Assembly: GCF_009914755.1 (NCBI RefSeq)
Contig: NC_060946.1
DNA: 64,000 bases
Source of the DNA: the human T2T-CHM13v2.0 reference genome, Homo sapiens
Reading direction: 5' to 3' (one strand)
Part shown: positions 11,656-27,341 of the stretch, one piece after another
How the letters are laid out: every line of letters starts with the position of its first letter
How positions within the stretch are numbered: position 1 is the first letter of the stretch
The notes under the pieces: generated by a model
Seen by the model: the letters and a program-made list of their open reading frames with translations, nothing else
What the model was told of the DNA's origin: nothing
Database searches by the model: none
Made by a program: the position numbers and the translations under genes

Positions 11656-11954
11656 CTTTTTTTTGTTTGTTTTTGAGTCGAAGTCTCACTCTGTCACCCA
11701 CACTGGAAGGCAGTGGTGCGATCTCGGCTCACTGCGACCTCCACCTCCCGAGTTCAAGCGATTCTTCTGCCTCAGCCTCTTGAGTAGCTGGGATTACAGG
11801 CACCCACCACTGCACCTGGCTAATTTTTGTATTTTTAGTAGAGACAGGGTTTCACCATGTTGGCCGGGCTGGTCTCAAGCTCCTGGCCTCCTAATCTGCC
11901 CACCTCGGCCTCCCAAAGTGATGAGATTACAGGCATGAGCCATCACACCTGGCC
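11656..11954 (-). mobile_element. AluS
   Basis: Reverse dimeric Alu; degenerate TSD TGTTGC(C/A)CTT. Confidence 0.95.
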
Positions 11955-12363
11955 CTGTTGCACTTCTTTTAATCCTCCCAGTAGTTCTGGGAGTGAGTAG
12001 ATCATATCTGAGGTTATGTATCTGGTAACAGAGGGGAGTCCAGACTTCAAGTCAGGTCTCATCATTCCAAAGGCTGTCTATTTCTAGTACTCGCTGTGGG
12101 AGGGAAACTCAAGAATGGATCTCATACTCATCTCTCAGCTATTTATGAACACTGGAGGACCAGCACCAAACTTTACTACCCCTAAGTTAAATGTCAGACA
12201 TCTCTGTATTTTTATAAAAATTTTCACTTTACAACATGATTTCCAAATACTATCTCCTCTAGTCCTAACAACACAGGAAAGGAAAAAGTATAGACATTTG
12301 TTCTTTCTCTCTATTGCACCCACTGCACCTTCTTTTCCTGTATCCCTGTTTTCATAAGAATAT

Positions 12364-13135
12364 GCTCATCATCACTGGCCATCAGAGAAATGCAAATCAA
12401 ATCCACAATGAGATACCATCTCACACCAGTTAGAATGGCGAACATTAAAAATTCAGGAAACAACAGGCGCTGGAGAGGATGTGGAGAAATAGGAACACTT
12501 TTACACTGTTGGTGGGACTGTAAACTAGTTCAACCATTGTGGAAGTCAGTGTGGCGATTCCTCAGGGATCTAGAACTGGAAATACCATTTGACCCAGCAA
12601 TCCCATTACTGGGTATATACCCAAAGGATTATAAATCATGCTGCTATAAAGACACACGCACACATACGTTTATTGTGGCACTATTCACAATAGCAAAGAC
12701 TTGGAACCAACCCAGATGTCCAACAATGATAGACTGGATTAAGAAAATGTGGCACATATACACCATGGAATACTATGCAGCCATAAAAAATGATGAGTTC
12801 ATGTCCTTTGTAGGGACTTGGATGAAGCTGGAAACCATCATTCTCAGCAAACTATCGCAAGAACAAAAAACCAAACACCACATGTTGTCACTCATAGGTG
12901 GGAATTGAACAATGAGAACACATGGACACAGGAAGGGGAACATCACACTCTCGGGACTGTTGTGGGGTGGGGGGAGGGGGGAGGGATAGCATTTGGAGAT
13001 ATACCTAATGTTAAATGATGAGTTACTGGGTGCAGCACACCAACATGGCACATGTATACATATGGAACTAACCTGCACGTTGTGCACATGTACCCTAAAA
13101 CTTAAAGTATATAAAAAAAAGAAACAAACAAAAAA
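12364..13135 (+). mobile_element. 5'-truncated young L1PA3/L1PA4
   Basis: Open ORF2 C-terminus (12390-12908, ending [10 protein letters not shown]), 3' UTR and poly-A; TSD AAGAATAT at 12356-12363 and 13136-13143. Confidence 0.95.
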
Positions 13136-13169
13136 AAGAATATCCCATTCTCCTCGCCAAAGTGATTTG

Positions 13170-13515
13170 TTTAGGGATATAGACATAATGGTCCAAGATG
13201 GACAAGTTGGAATCTTCTACAGGCTTTCTGCTGGAATTTTTGCTTAATTCCATTGGAAATAACCTTTGAATCTAGGATTCCTGTGAGATGGAATTTCTGC
13301 CCTCTTTTCTTTCATGTGGAAAGACCCTACCCACGAACTGGCAAGAGTAGTAGAATCTCCGCTATTTTGACTGAATCCCAGGATCTGGTCTTGTCTGACT
13401 TTGGTAGTATTTTTCTAGACATTTAGATGATGTGAGTCACTAAGTTGATAAATTCCTTTTTTTCCTTAGGTTTGATTAGGTTGTGTTTCTCTCACTTGTA
13501 CCTAAAGTACTTAAA
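13170..13515 (+). mobile_element. Old MaLR/ERVL LTR relic (MLT1K/L-like)
   Basis: 3' end GTGAGTCA...ATAAATTCCTTTTTTTCCTTAGG...TTTCTCTCACTTGTACC resembles MLT1J-L termini. Confidence 0.5.
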
Positions 13516-13576
13516 TATCTATCTAACAGAGATAAGACACTGATATTATGTAAATCTATAAAGAGTTCATAGCTTT

Positions 13577-13991
13577 TGATATGGTTTGGATGTTGGTCCC
13601 CTTCAAACCTCATGTAGAAATGAAATCCCCAGTGTTGGAAGTAGGGCTTGGTGATAGGTGTTTGGGCCATCGAGGCAGATCTGTCTTGAATGGTTTTGTG
13701 ATTTCTCGTGGTCATGAGTGAGTTCTTGCTCTGAGTTCACGGGAGATCTAGTTGTTTTAAGAGTGTGGCACTTACCCTGCCCCTTGCTCACACTCTTGCT
13801 GTGTGATGTGCCTGTTCCCCCTTTGCCTTCTGCCATGATTGTGAGCTTCCTGAGGCCACACCAGAAGCAGGTGCTGGCACGATGCTTCTTACACAGTCTG
13901 CAGAATGTTGAGCCAAAATAAACTTCTTTTTAAAAAATAAATTACTCAGTCTCAGGTATTTCTTTATAGTAATGCAGAACAAACTAACATA
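13577..13991 (+). mobile_element. MSTB-like solo LTR (ERVL-MaLR)
   Basis: Starts TGATATGGTTTGGATG and ends TTCTTTATAGTAATGCAGAACAAACTAACATA; 5-bp TSD GCTTT at 13572-13576 and 13992-13996. Confidence 0.92.
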
Positions 13992-14053
13992 GCTTTAGAG
14001 TAGTATAAATGATGTTGAAAAAAACAATTCTTTTTCAGAGTAAGAATACACAC

Positions 14054-14432
<379 letters not shown>

Positions 14433-15605
14433 CTAATGTGTCACGTGTAGCCTTTCTTGATTCATACCGGTGACCTTGAAATTGAGGAACTCTAGCTTCA
14501 TTAGTCAACCTGGCCCAGAACCAGCATCGATCCAGTCCTCTGTTTCCTCCTTTCTCGTGTCTGTGCCTTTTCTGATTGGTTCAAAATTGGGTGGCTCCTC
14601 TCTCAAGGGCTCTTCAGCGACTTTAGCAGCCAAGTTGCTGTTGCTTATATCTGGTCCTTCCTGGACATCCAAGAACCCATTGATCAGGCAGTTCATTCAT
14701 ATTTCCTCTGCATCTCTGCTGTCTACGGATCTGTTTCCCAGCGACCTTGTGGAACCAGGGGGTGGGTTGCTTCAGAGCTTTAGAGGCAGTTTGTTTCAGG
14801 ACAGGCGATGGCCTCACAAATATGTTTAAGGCTATGTGGAAAGCTGTATTTTCCAATTCAAGTTCAGGGCTATTTCTGCATAGGTGTCTAGACAGAAATT
14901 CTTTTGGAAAGTGGATACTGAAGTTGAACATTTTTTTTAAAATAAAGCGGGGCTTTCCTTTCAAGTCTATAGTTTATCTTTTTTGAGACAGTTTATTCTC
15001 CCTACCATCACACCAAGCAGAAGGTACCATTGAAAAATAGGCCCCTGACATCCTGACCTTTTTCTCAGCTCTAGTGCCGAACCACTTGCCAAAACTCACA
15101 TTTTCTCTTTAGAGTCATGTATGATTTTCCTGTGCACTAAAGATACCCCATGCTCTGCCTTTTGCCAGCTTGTTTATCTGTTCACTTTTCATTCTATTCC
15201 ACCTGTACCTTTAGGGTTTCTGACATGATCTGAGTACATCCTGATATGTTAAAACAAAAAGGGCTAAGCTAGAACCCTCAACAGTAGCCTTTCGGTTTAT
15301 CTTTGCACTGTTGGTTGTGTTTCATTTTGGTACTTCCTGTTCCAGTAGTTGCTACTGTTCTGGTTTTGAGAAAAGTTCTCAGGTTTCTTCCTCAGTAGGA
15401 ATTTGGATTGTGCCTCTGGCTAGCCTGTTCTCCCTGGCTGGTCCCTACATACCCCATCAATTCCAGCCCCAGCACCTTGTATTTGCTTAGGTTCCCTGGA
15501 GTAGTTGTTCTCATTCTGTTCAGCACAGCCTGCATCTCATTATTCCTTGGAGAGAAGAATTCCTGAATGTTGGCCTTAGGAATACCTATGGTGATAAGGT
15601 CAATA

Positions 15606-15714
15606 TGTACATCACACAATGCAACCTATACACTTCCATGTACATTGCACATGTACATCACACATTACAACCTTTACACTTCCATGTACATCACACATTG
15701 CAACCTGTACACTC
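15606..15714. repeat. 33-bp minisatellite, three units plus a 13-bp partial unit
   Basis: GTACATCACACA(A/T)T(G/A)CAACCT(A/T/G)TACACT repeated. Confidence 0.9.
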
Positions 15715-16449
15715 TTACCTTTATTATTACATTTTATCCTCAAAACCATCCACCGAGATAAGACTTCTCATTCCCTTTTTGTATACGAGAAAAATTAAAA
15801 AAAAATTGATTCATTTGCGTTCAACATGCCAGATACGTGTTAGGCAGTGGACATACAAATATAAAGTAAATCATCAGCTCACCATTACTATAAAACAGTG
15901 CCACAGGAGTTCAGGAGGCTATGGCTCTGTTTGGGGCTGAAGTTGGCTGGTCTATAGGGGGCAGAACATGAACTGAGTCTTGAAGAATGGTTAGTGAATA
16001 ATGAGGAAGAGCTCGTTGGCAAATCAAAGGTGACAAGAAGCTTGGGAGAAAGCAGATGTATCATATCAGGGTAGTTACAGAATAAGGCTTAGCAGTCAGC
16101 AGGTGTCCTGGTATTTGAGGAAGCTTTCAAAAAGTTTCAAGATGAGGTAACTGAGGTTCTAGGTGAGAGAACAGCTGAAGGATAGCTGGAAAGTTGTCAA
16201 TGCTGTCATTTCTGCCCTGAGAGCTATAGGCCATAGCCTGGACTCCTTCCTCTTCCTTGCTTTTCACTGTCAGCTAATAAATTCAGTTCATTCTATCTCC
16301 TATCTCCCTCATCAGTATCCTTCTGCTGCCCCACATAGCCACTTCTTTAATTCAAGTTCTTCTTACCTTGACTAATGCAATAACATTCTGTTTCTCTTCC
16401 TATCTCCTCTAAGCTTTTTCCACCCAGTCATCAGCAATCATTCTAAAAT

Positions 16450-16620
16450 GTGGTTAAAAGTGCAGACTTTGGAGTGTGGCAGGTCTGAATTTCAATTTTT
16501 TATTTCTATCAATTATAAGCTGTGTGACTTTGGACAGGATACATAGCCTCTCTGATGCTAAGTCGCCTCACCTTTCCATGGGGTAATGACACACATGCCC
16601 TGAGTGTAAACAGGAATAAG
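16450..16620 (+). mobile_element. MIR SINE
   Basis: GTGGTTAAAAGTGCAGACTTTGGAG ... AGCTGTGTGACTTTGGACA. Confidence 0.75.
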
Positions 16621-16917
16621 GTACACCTCGACTCCTCCTCATCGAGGCTGCCTCCACCCACCCTTTTCTTAGCTTCCCACAGGATGTGAATGTGGAAAAA
16701 ACCTCCAATTAATTGTTCAAAGCATTCTGGTTGGTTAGAGTTTAAGACATGGACTTTGCCATGTTTGTGAGTAGATAGAGTTACTGTTTCTTAAAAGTCT
16801 GGTCCCCTGTATGGCTACAATTTGGTGCTTTCCACCTCAGATCTAGGTGGGGCTTGGACTCTCTTCCCCGAAGGTATGAGAAGGGAGGGTCCTAACAGCT
16901 ATGTTGCAAGGAGTGGG

Positions 16918-17324
16918 TGTCTTAGTCCATTTGCATTGCTATAAAGGAATACCCAAGGCTAGGTAATTTATAAAGGAAAGAGGTTTATTTGGCTCATGGT
17001 TCTGCAGACTGTACAAGAAGTGTGGCGCCAGCATCTGGTTCTGGTGAAGGCCCCAGGGATCTTCCACTCATGGTGCAAGGTGAAGGGAAGCAGGCATCAC
17101 AAGGTGAGAAAGGAAGAGAGAGAAAAAGGTATCAGGCTCATTTCAACAACCAGTTATCATGGGAATTATTGTAGGAGTGAGAACTCACTCACTGTGAGAA
17201 TGAGACCAAGCCATTCATGACTGATCTGCCCCCACTACCCTAATCCCTCTCACCAAGCTCCTACCTTCAACGCTGGGGATCAAAATTCAACATGAGACTT
17301 GTCAAGGCCAAACAAACTGTAGCA
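16918..17324 (-). mobile_element. MST-family solo LTR (MSTB/MSTC-like)
   Basis: TGTCTTAGTCCATTTGCATTGCTATAAAGGAATACC ... GTAGCA; TSD GTGGG/GTGGT. Confidence 0.9.
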
Positions 17325-17924
17325 GTGGTTATGAGGTTAGGGATGTACTACTTCAGCCTTAAATCTAGCCTCATGCTCCTCCAGCTACCTAGAGTCCTGT
17401 TGCTATGCCACAGGGTCACCCAGAAATGAACATGGTATTCTGATTTCCATTTTTCTATTATGTCTTACAAAATATTATGTCTTACTATTATAATTTCCAT
17501 TTTCTTGTTATGTCTCTTTGAAGCCCTATAGAGTTCTACAATCTTTCTTCATCTGGCTTCAAACTTACTCCATTCTCATTTTCCATCTGTCAACCCCATA
17601 CCCACTATGCTCTAGCCATACTGAAGAACCTAATGGTTACTTGGCCCCTCATGATGGTGTAGGCATCCGTGTCTTGGCACATGTTTAGGCTTGGGGTGAA
17701 CCTGCTCTCTGTTCTCTTTCTTTGTTTGTTTTTTGATCGGATTGAAGGTGTCTGGCAGTCTCATGCTGAATCTTAAAATACACACTTCACATTCTGCCTT
17801 CCCTGAGAGGCCTTTTCTGATCATGCCAAGCAGAATTAACTAATCTCCTCTATGTCAGCACTCTAACTTGTACAGTTTGTACAACTGTAAGATTGTTTTA
17901 CCTAATCATGTTTTCCACACTTAA

Positions 17925-18213
17925 TTTTGTTTTTTAGAGGGTACTCTGTTGCCCAGGTTTGAGAAAAGTGGTACTATCGCAGCTCGTTGTAGTCTCAGAC
18001 TCCTGGGCCAAAGCAATCCTCCCACCTCAGCCTCTCGAGTAGCTGGGACTACAGGTGCATGCCACCATACCTGGGTAATTTTTAATTATTTTGGAGAGAC
18101 AGCGTCTCACTATGTTGCTCAGACTGGTCTCAAACTCCTGGCCTCAAGCAATCCTCCTGTCTCAGCCTCCCAGAGCACTGGGATTATGGGCATGAGCCAC
18201 TGTGCTCAGCCCC
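17925..18213 (-). mobile_element. AluJ inserted in an L2 relic (~17520-18380)
   Basis: J-type features CAAGCAATCCTCCCACCTCAGCC and TCTCACTATGTTGC. Confidence 0.9.
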
Positions 18214-18927
18214 ATATTTGATTTTATGTCTGTCTACTCTGTGAATAGGCTGAATAGGCATTATTGATCTGTGAATTCTGCTGAATAGGTGTTATTGATC
18301 ACAAGGAAAATGTTTTATATGAGATAAGAAAAAATTATCAATATTAGTTAATGGAAATACAATCAAATACGTGAATGAATATATAAAAAAGTATCTGGGC
18401 AGATGGAGCATCAGAAAATAAGGAAGAGGAGTTGCTGCAGGTTGACATTCTTATGATCACAAAAGTGAGATCAGCTGTGTATGTGCATAGACTTTGCCGA
18501 ATGGAGCAGGAGGTGTAGATATAATAAAGCCGTATCCTGGTAATAGAGTCCCATCTTATGATAACGGTATTGAAATAAGGAACACATCCATATGTTAATC
18601 AATTAAATCATAACTAGAGGTAAGCAACCACTATTCTGACGAGCTCCATTTCAGAGGCAGTTCTAGGGAGGTGTTCAGCAAAATTCAGGCAACAGAGAGG
18701 AAGCTCAGGAGGAGGAGAAAGTGAGCCAAATGTAAAGGAAGTAACACAGAACCACATTTTCAGGATCTTCTTGGGTAAACCACTGACTTTAGTTGTGATT
18801 AGTATAAATAATCAATAAGCATTTTGTGAAGCTTTATACCACAAACATATTACCTGGCAGCACCACTGTGGGAGGCACCTGGGGTGGGTAGAACCCCCTT
18901 CTCCTCAATGTCCATGAAAGTTGCTTG

Positions 18928-19176
18928 CAAACACCGCATGTTCTCACTCATAGGTGGGAATTGAACAATGAGAACACCTGGACACAGGAAGGGGGAACGT
19001 CACCCACCGGGGCCTGTCATGGGGTAGGGGGAGTGGGGAGGGATAGCATTAGGAGATATACCTAATGTAAATGACGAGTTAATGGGCGCAGCACAGCAAC
19101 ATGGCACATGTATACATATGTAAGAAGCCTGCACGTTGTACACATGTACCCTAGAACTTAAAGTATAATTTAAAAA
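18928..19176 (+). mobile_element. Short 5'-truncated L1PA5-like 3' end
   Basis: L1 3' UTR; 11-bp TSD AAAGTTGCTTG at 18917-18927 and 19177-19187. Confidence 0.95.
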
Positions 19177-19429
19177 AAAGTTGCTTGGCTTGGAGGCATT
19201 GCTCTGGCGTGGAATTGTTTTCTCTCCCAGCCTCCTGCTTTTAGGCAGGAATATCTGGCCTCTCAGAAAAGTTAGAGGGAACTGTATAGGTGAGTCAAAC
19301 ATTTTTATTTTCACATTTCTAACTTAGCTCAAAGTTTGGCTCAGAATAGGTGCTAAAAACAACAACAAACTAGGACTAGATGAATGATAGACCAAAACTC
19401 CAAGTGTCATGAGACAAACATAAAAATAT

Positions 19430-19680
19430 ATCCACCATTTATAGAACTCTGCTAATTGTCAAGGACAGTATAAAATGCTTTATACCTATTAACTTACTTA
19501 GCTATTCTCATTTAAGACTCAAAGTGAGAATTTTTGTAGAATAGATTATTATTTCTGTTTTGTGGATAGGAAAAATGAGGGTCCCAAAGGCTATGTAACT
19601 TGTTCAAGGCCAGGAAAACAGCAAGTGGTAGAGCTAGCATTCAAATTAGGTCTATGTGCTCCCAAGCCCATGTTATATCA
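19430..19680 (-). mobile_element. MIR SINE
   Basis: GTAACTTGTTCAAGGCCA...AAGTGGTAGAGCTAGCATTCAAA. Confidence 0.7.
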
Positions 19681-19969
19681 ATAACTACAAGGATGATATT
19701 ATCACAGTAATACAATGTGGATAGGATGATATAAACTTGGGGATGAGTTTCAAGCTGATGACCAAGAGAAACTCATATTCAGCTCCCATTCTATTTTGCT
19801 TCTGCATTACCTATCCAAGAGAGTTGACTGGATACTGCTTGCCATGAACAACAAGCCAATCTCAGAACTGCTTGTACTCTGAAATAGACGGTTGATATGT
19901 TCTCTCATACGTGCAACACCATGTGTAGAAAAAAGTGGCCAAAGTGTTTTTAGGCTGCATTATTGTTGA

Positions 19970-20200
19970 TTATCAGAGCAGATGTTGGAACTTAGAAGAT
20001 CTGAATTAAAATAGTGCCTCTGCTGTGGGGTTGGGTGGGTTATTTTCCTTCTCTGAGCCTATGTCTTTATTGAGCAAATGAGTATAATAGTATCTACCTC
20101 ATGGTATTGGTGAACAGATTCAAATTGGATGAATATACATATGGCATAGTTGAATGTACTATGTATCCTTGTAAATGTTCAATATAAGCTATTATTATTA
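19970..20200 (+). mobile_element. MIR SINE, flanked by possible L3/CR1 relics
   Basis: CTTCTCTGAGCCT ... ATAATAGTATCTACCTCATGG; TAGGCTGCATTA just upstream is CR1-like. Confidence 0.65.
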
Positions 20201-20466
20201 TGTTATATTTGAGATGCATGTTGATGTCCATAACAGGTGAAAGAGAGACATATTTAGGAAATGCTAATGAAAAATCAAGATTTCAAAAAAATTTGCATTC
20301 ATAGAATAGTGAAAACTACACAAATGATGAGACTGAGAAAATTGCATGGAAAAATACTGAAGGTAAATATCAAAATTTAAGAGCTCACCTTTATAAAAAG
20401 GTATATTTCTTTTCACTCTTCTGTATTTTCTAAATCTTCTATGATTAGCAGGTAACATTTTATTAA

Positions 20467-20790
<324 letters not shown>

Positions 20791-21834
20791 TAATTTTTAA
20801 AAACGATATGCTTAAGTTACCTTAATCCTCAAAGGAAATGAGTAGAAACATTTGAAAAAGTTTTCGCCAGCACAATGCCAGTTTGACTGAGTGTCAGCAA
20901 ATTTTCCTGGCAAATAGTTCACTGAGTCTTGCATGCTCCTGAAGGCACTTCTAACTGAGGTAGGGGAGATGACAATATTTCGGACCCCAGGCCAGCACTT
21001 CCTGAGGGCCCTGGAAGGCCAGCAAATACAAATTCATCGTTCTACTCAATCCTCTGTAATTGACCTAAAAATTCTTGGGGCTCTGATGGAGGCTGGCTGG
21101 GTGCCACATCCTTCTCCTTACATGGGTGAGTCAAGGAAGCCAAGCTACCAGAGTGGGAACAGTCCTGCTTTATCAGCACTGATGGCTAGAGCAGTCATTA
21201 ATTAGACAGATTAGCTTAAATACAGTAGTTAGTTAATTGCAAGTTTGACACAGAATTCCCTGTGTCACAGCATGCAGTTTGGAAGCAGAGCCGAACAGTG
21301 GGGAGCTTTCCAGGCTCATTGTAAATGCACCAAGGGGAAATTAATATACGGCAAGGGTTTGAGGCCCGGGGGTGGCCCATTCTGGTTTTGAAGTCCTAGT
21401 TTAGCTTGGCTTGAATTCTGAATGGCTCTTTCAGAGAGTTTGGGTTGGTTGTATAGGAAGGCTTGCTGGAGGTGGTGATGCCAGACACAAATTCTGAGAG
21501 TTGAGTAGGAGAGAGCCAGGTAGATGATTTAGAAGACTTTTGAGATCATAAGGATCAGTCAGAAATTCAGATGCAAAAGAGGCATTTGGGGAATAACAGG
21601 TGGATCGGAAGGATAGGTATAGAGTATGGTAGAGGAGAAGCTGGGAGAGGTGAGAATAGCATAAGAAGGTAAAAAGAAAACAAGATATGCAAGAGTGAAA
21701 GAGTAAGAGGAGTAAGAGAGTGATGCAGTCAATGTTTCAGGGGCAGTCAGAGGAGAGAGAAGTCTCTGCATGAGGGTAAGGCAGGGTAGGGGAGATTTCA
21801 CAGAGGTCTCAGGAGTCCAGCTAGGAATGGAAAA

Positions 21835-22260
21835 TATCATTCATTCACTCATTATTTTTTTTCACTTTTTCCACAAATAGAAATTAAGCATCTGCCAGAG
21901 CCTAGCATTGTCCTGTTATAGTCAAAGCAGAAGAGAAGGAGAAAGATTAAAATGTAGATTATGATGACATATTGTGATTAGAGCTAAAATAAAATTTTGT
22001 GCAAGATGATAATAGGCAAAGGGAGGATAGAGGAAGTTAGTAAAGACTTCATAGGGAATGGAGGGTTTATATATGGTTTGAAAGGATGAGTTGAAGCTTG
22101 ACAGAGATGAAGGGAGGACATAGCAAGTAGAGGAGAGGAGCAAGACAGCCTTTGGGGAGGGAAGAACAATCACAAGTAGATGGAAGGTGGATGGAGGGAT
22201 GATGAAGAAAAGGGAAGTAGGGCTGAGATGGGAAGAGCTTAGATTCCTGAGTTAGGAATA
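21835..22260 (-). mobile_element. L2 relic
   Basis: TCATTCATTCACTCATT tail followed by purine-rich L2 antisense sequence. Confidence 0.55.
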
Positions 22261-22600
22261 ATTTGGAAATAATTCTGTAGATTGGTGGCCTTGATGATCT
22301 TTTGATTGTGTACATTATCAGTTAATAACTTGCAGCCTATATTCCCAATACTCATTTGTCCATTCATCCAACAAAACGTTACTGAGCATCTATTATATAC
22401 AACACTGCTTCATTTATGTATAGACCAGGATAGATATTTCCAGATATTATGTATGGAAAGTTCTTTATCTTTTTGACACATTTTCATATTTTATATATGT
22501 ACATGCATATGTAAAATATAATTATATATAAAATTTATATATGTAATAGACATATACATAATAGACATATATATATACACATATATATATATGTCTATCA

Positions 22601-22689
22601 TGTATTTTCTGTATCCATAATTCAGAACAGTTCCTTGAAGATTTGTATTTTATGTATTCATAATTCAGAAGAGGTCCTTGAAGATTTGT
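22601..22689. repeat. 43-bp tandem duplication within a TA-rich tract
   Basis: TGTATTTT(C/A)TGTAT(C/T)CATAATTCAGAA(C/G)AG(T/G)TCCTTGAAGATT twice, 4 mismatches. Confidence 0.9.
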
Positions 22690-22761
22690 CTAATATATAT
22701 GCATATATTTATATCTATTTTATATGTATGTATACATATATATAATTGTATGATTCTACCC

Positions 22762-23903
<1,142 letters not shown>

Positions 23904-24819
23904 TTTTTATTTTTTTTATAGCAAGAACTCATGAATTTCACAAAGTGCTAAATAATATACAGGGAAAATGTATTCTCCTTCCATCCCAACTTCCAGTTCT
24001 TTTCCTCAGAATTGGCACTGTCAGTAGTTTGTTTTTTTTTCTTTTCATCCATAAAATTTACCAGAAACTTATAATTTAAAACTCATCACAGATCTCTGAG
24101 GGAGGTGATATTATTCTCAGTTTTGATGTGAGGAAAGCATTCATTGTGCCACTTTACGAAGGTGACTGAATCTCTGTGAATTTGAATGTCATTATGAAAT
24201 ACGAAAATTATAATAGTAACTATACTATTGTACAGAGGAAATGCATAAAAAATGCTTAGCATAATGCGTGAGATATTTTAAATGTTTTCTAAATAATGAT
24301 GATGCTAATATGACTATCATGGTATAATTAATAATTATCATTATCATTATTAATTATAATTAATATTTTATACAATCATTAATATATAACTATTGATACA
24401 TAATTATATTTAGAATTATTAACAATTATAATTAATATTTCTCAAGGTCATTTAGAAACCTAGACTTAGTAGAGACTGCACTCAGAATACACATCCTCTG
24501 CATTTTTATATAAACAACAGCTGTACTTGTAAAAGGCTCCTGAGAAAAATTTCCGAAGATTCCTTCACTGTCTCAGACCACTGAAGCAGGCATGAGATAG
24601 CTGCTGTTAACACTTTTGTTTTCTGGGTATCTTGACCTTTTCTTGGCTTGGTTGGAGCTATCTTAAAAGAGTCAGGTGATAATTCCTCCTCCAAGAAGCC
24701 TCACCTGCTTACTCTGCTTTACCAAACTCCTCCCTTATTGGTGTACTTCTTGTCAGTACCACATTAGTCAGCATTCATGCGGTTAGGAAATGTAAAAGTA
24801 GATAAGAATTACGGGTTTT

Positions 24820-24950
24820 CTTGTACAAATGCATATTCCTGGGCGTGGCCCTAAACTACTGAATCTTAGGACTTCCAGGTAAGGCCCTGGGTTCACATTT
24901 TTAGCAAGCAGACTTGGTGATTTTCTGCAGGGGATCTAAGGACACTGTCT
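24820..24950. mobile_element. MER5-type hAT MITE fragment
   Basis: AAATGCATATTCCTGGGC...CTACTGAATC...CATTTTTAGCAAGC...GGTGATT. Confidence 0.65.
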
Positions 24951-25978
24951 AAGCCAAACTGTTTCAATTTGACTCATGTTCTTTCAGATGTTCAAGAAAC
25001 ATGTAGAATACGTACTTTATTGTGAGCACTAAGGGAATGTAGATAGGTATAAGTAAGACACTATCAAGGACTTAGACTCAGGGTGGCAGAGGTGTAGGGA
25101 TAATAGTAAAAAGGTAGTCAAAAGGCAATAAATGTGATGACAGGGTCAAGCACAGGTGTCCGTGGAAGCAGGCCTTGGAAAATGGTGGCCAGCAGTTTGG
25201 TTATTGCTTATTGCTTATGTAATACTCTGACAAGCGATTAATCCTAAGCTTTGTAGAGAGGATGTGGATGCACATCAAGAGGATTAAGGTAGAGAGGAGC
25301 TTGTATGTGTAACAGAGCACTGTCTGTGAGATCCATATTGTTCCCTCACCTACTATAGTAACCTGGTATAGTAACAGCTGTTTTCACTGTCTTAATTTCA
25401 GTTTACATTTGGAAAATGGGGTGAGTAGAGGTATTTAAATCATAGAAAGTACAGAATAAAACACACAAATGCTAAAACATACACACATACACTGTAAATT
25501 GACACTAAAATTCTACTTCTGGAAAGCAGTTATTTTCTTTTTGAAAGATACTGCAAGGTTAAAGACAAAAAGAGCTGTGCACAGCAACTGTATTCTCATC
25601 GGGCATGTTTACAGTTCTGTTACTACATGTGTATATTTGTTGAACAAGCACGTAAATAAATTGTAGATAACAGTCAAGAGTCAGGTATCTCACTGTCGGA
25701 GAAAGAAGTTAAAAGGGGAAAAGCTAGAGTGAATTTAGTGGTATTGGGTTGGAATTGGAGGATTATGAACTCATGGTTCTAATATATATATGTGTATACA
25801 CACACATGTTTATATGTGTTTATATAAATATATATAGATATTTATGTACACATGCATTTATTTTGTAGCTTTGGCCACAGAGAGAACTTAAGCAATGTTA
25901 TTCAAGTGGTAGTGAACATCCCTATCACTAAGTTCTTGGCTTCTAGGTGCCATTCTCCAATAAAAAGAACCAGGACAT

Positions 25979-26322
<344 letters not shown>

Positions 26323-27341
26323 TCAAGAAAAATGTGAGGCGAGGAGCCTGGAATATCTTTCTTGTGATACCAGAAAATAAGAACCTACTCAGAAAAGGAT
26401 GGAGCATGTTGAAATGACATGGGTGCTTACTGTAAGGACTTCCCAATGGCCAAAGCTAGAACAATTTAAGCAACAAAATAAATGAGGATAGTATTGTATT
26501 ATTACTCATAGAATAAAGTAAATGTCCCTAAATCCATAGTGTCATAAACAAATAACTGGATAAATAAATATAAGGGGGAGATGGAATAGCTCTATCTTAC
26601 AGAAGAATTCAATTAATAATGAAGAAATGAGAAAAATACAAAATCTCCTTTAGGCAAATACCATAGCAATAATTATTACAGGCATAAGCTACTGACAGAT
26701 ATAAAAACTAGTAGGTAAAAGTTTGAGAAGAAACAATATATTATTATTATTTTCAAACTATCTCTCCCAGGATATTTATCAATTTCAAATGAAAACTATT
26801 AACTTTAACAAAACTCAGCAGACATCACCTTAACCAAATGCTCAAGGCTCATATCACCAATAAGTCATTTTGATATCAAATTACCCTGATGTGATGAACC
26901 AGGAAGAGTATATCACTTTTGTCATATTTTTGCCAAAAATTTATAACCTCAAACCTCAAAAAGGAATCATGAGGAAGTGTCAGACAAACCCAAATTGAGA
27001 GATACTCTACAAAATAACTGAGCGTTACACGTTAAACATATTGAAGTCATGTTAAATTGCTAAAGGAGTTTATTTTAAGAGTTCTCATGACAAAAAAATA
27101 AGTATGTGAGCTAATGGGCAGGTTAGTTGATTTAGCCAGTCCAAAATGTATACATATTTCCAAACATCATGTTGTACATCATAAATATATACAGTATTTT
27201 TAAATAATTATTTGTGCAAATTTAAGAGGTATAAGTACAGTTTTGTTACATGGATATATTGTATAGTGATGAAGTCTAGGCTTTCAGTGTAACTATCACC
27301 TGAATAATGCACTTTGTAAACATTAAGTTATTTCTCATCCC

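Noticed and set aside
14470-14964. Overlapping ORFs of 63-119 aa in unique DNA as an exon or pseudogene
   Set aside because: No recognisable protein similarity, poly-A/TSD or convincing splice context; lengths are compatible with chance
15606-15714. CRISPR-like array
   Set aside because: Head-to-tail units without unique spacers, in a eukaryotic context with no cas genes
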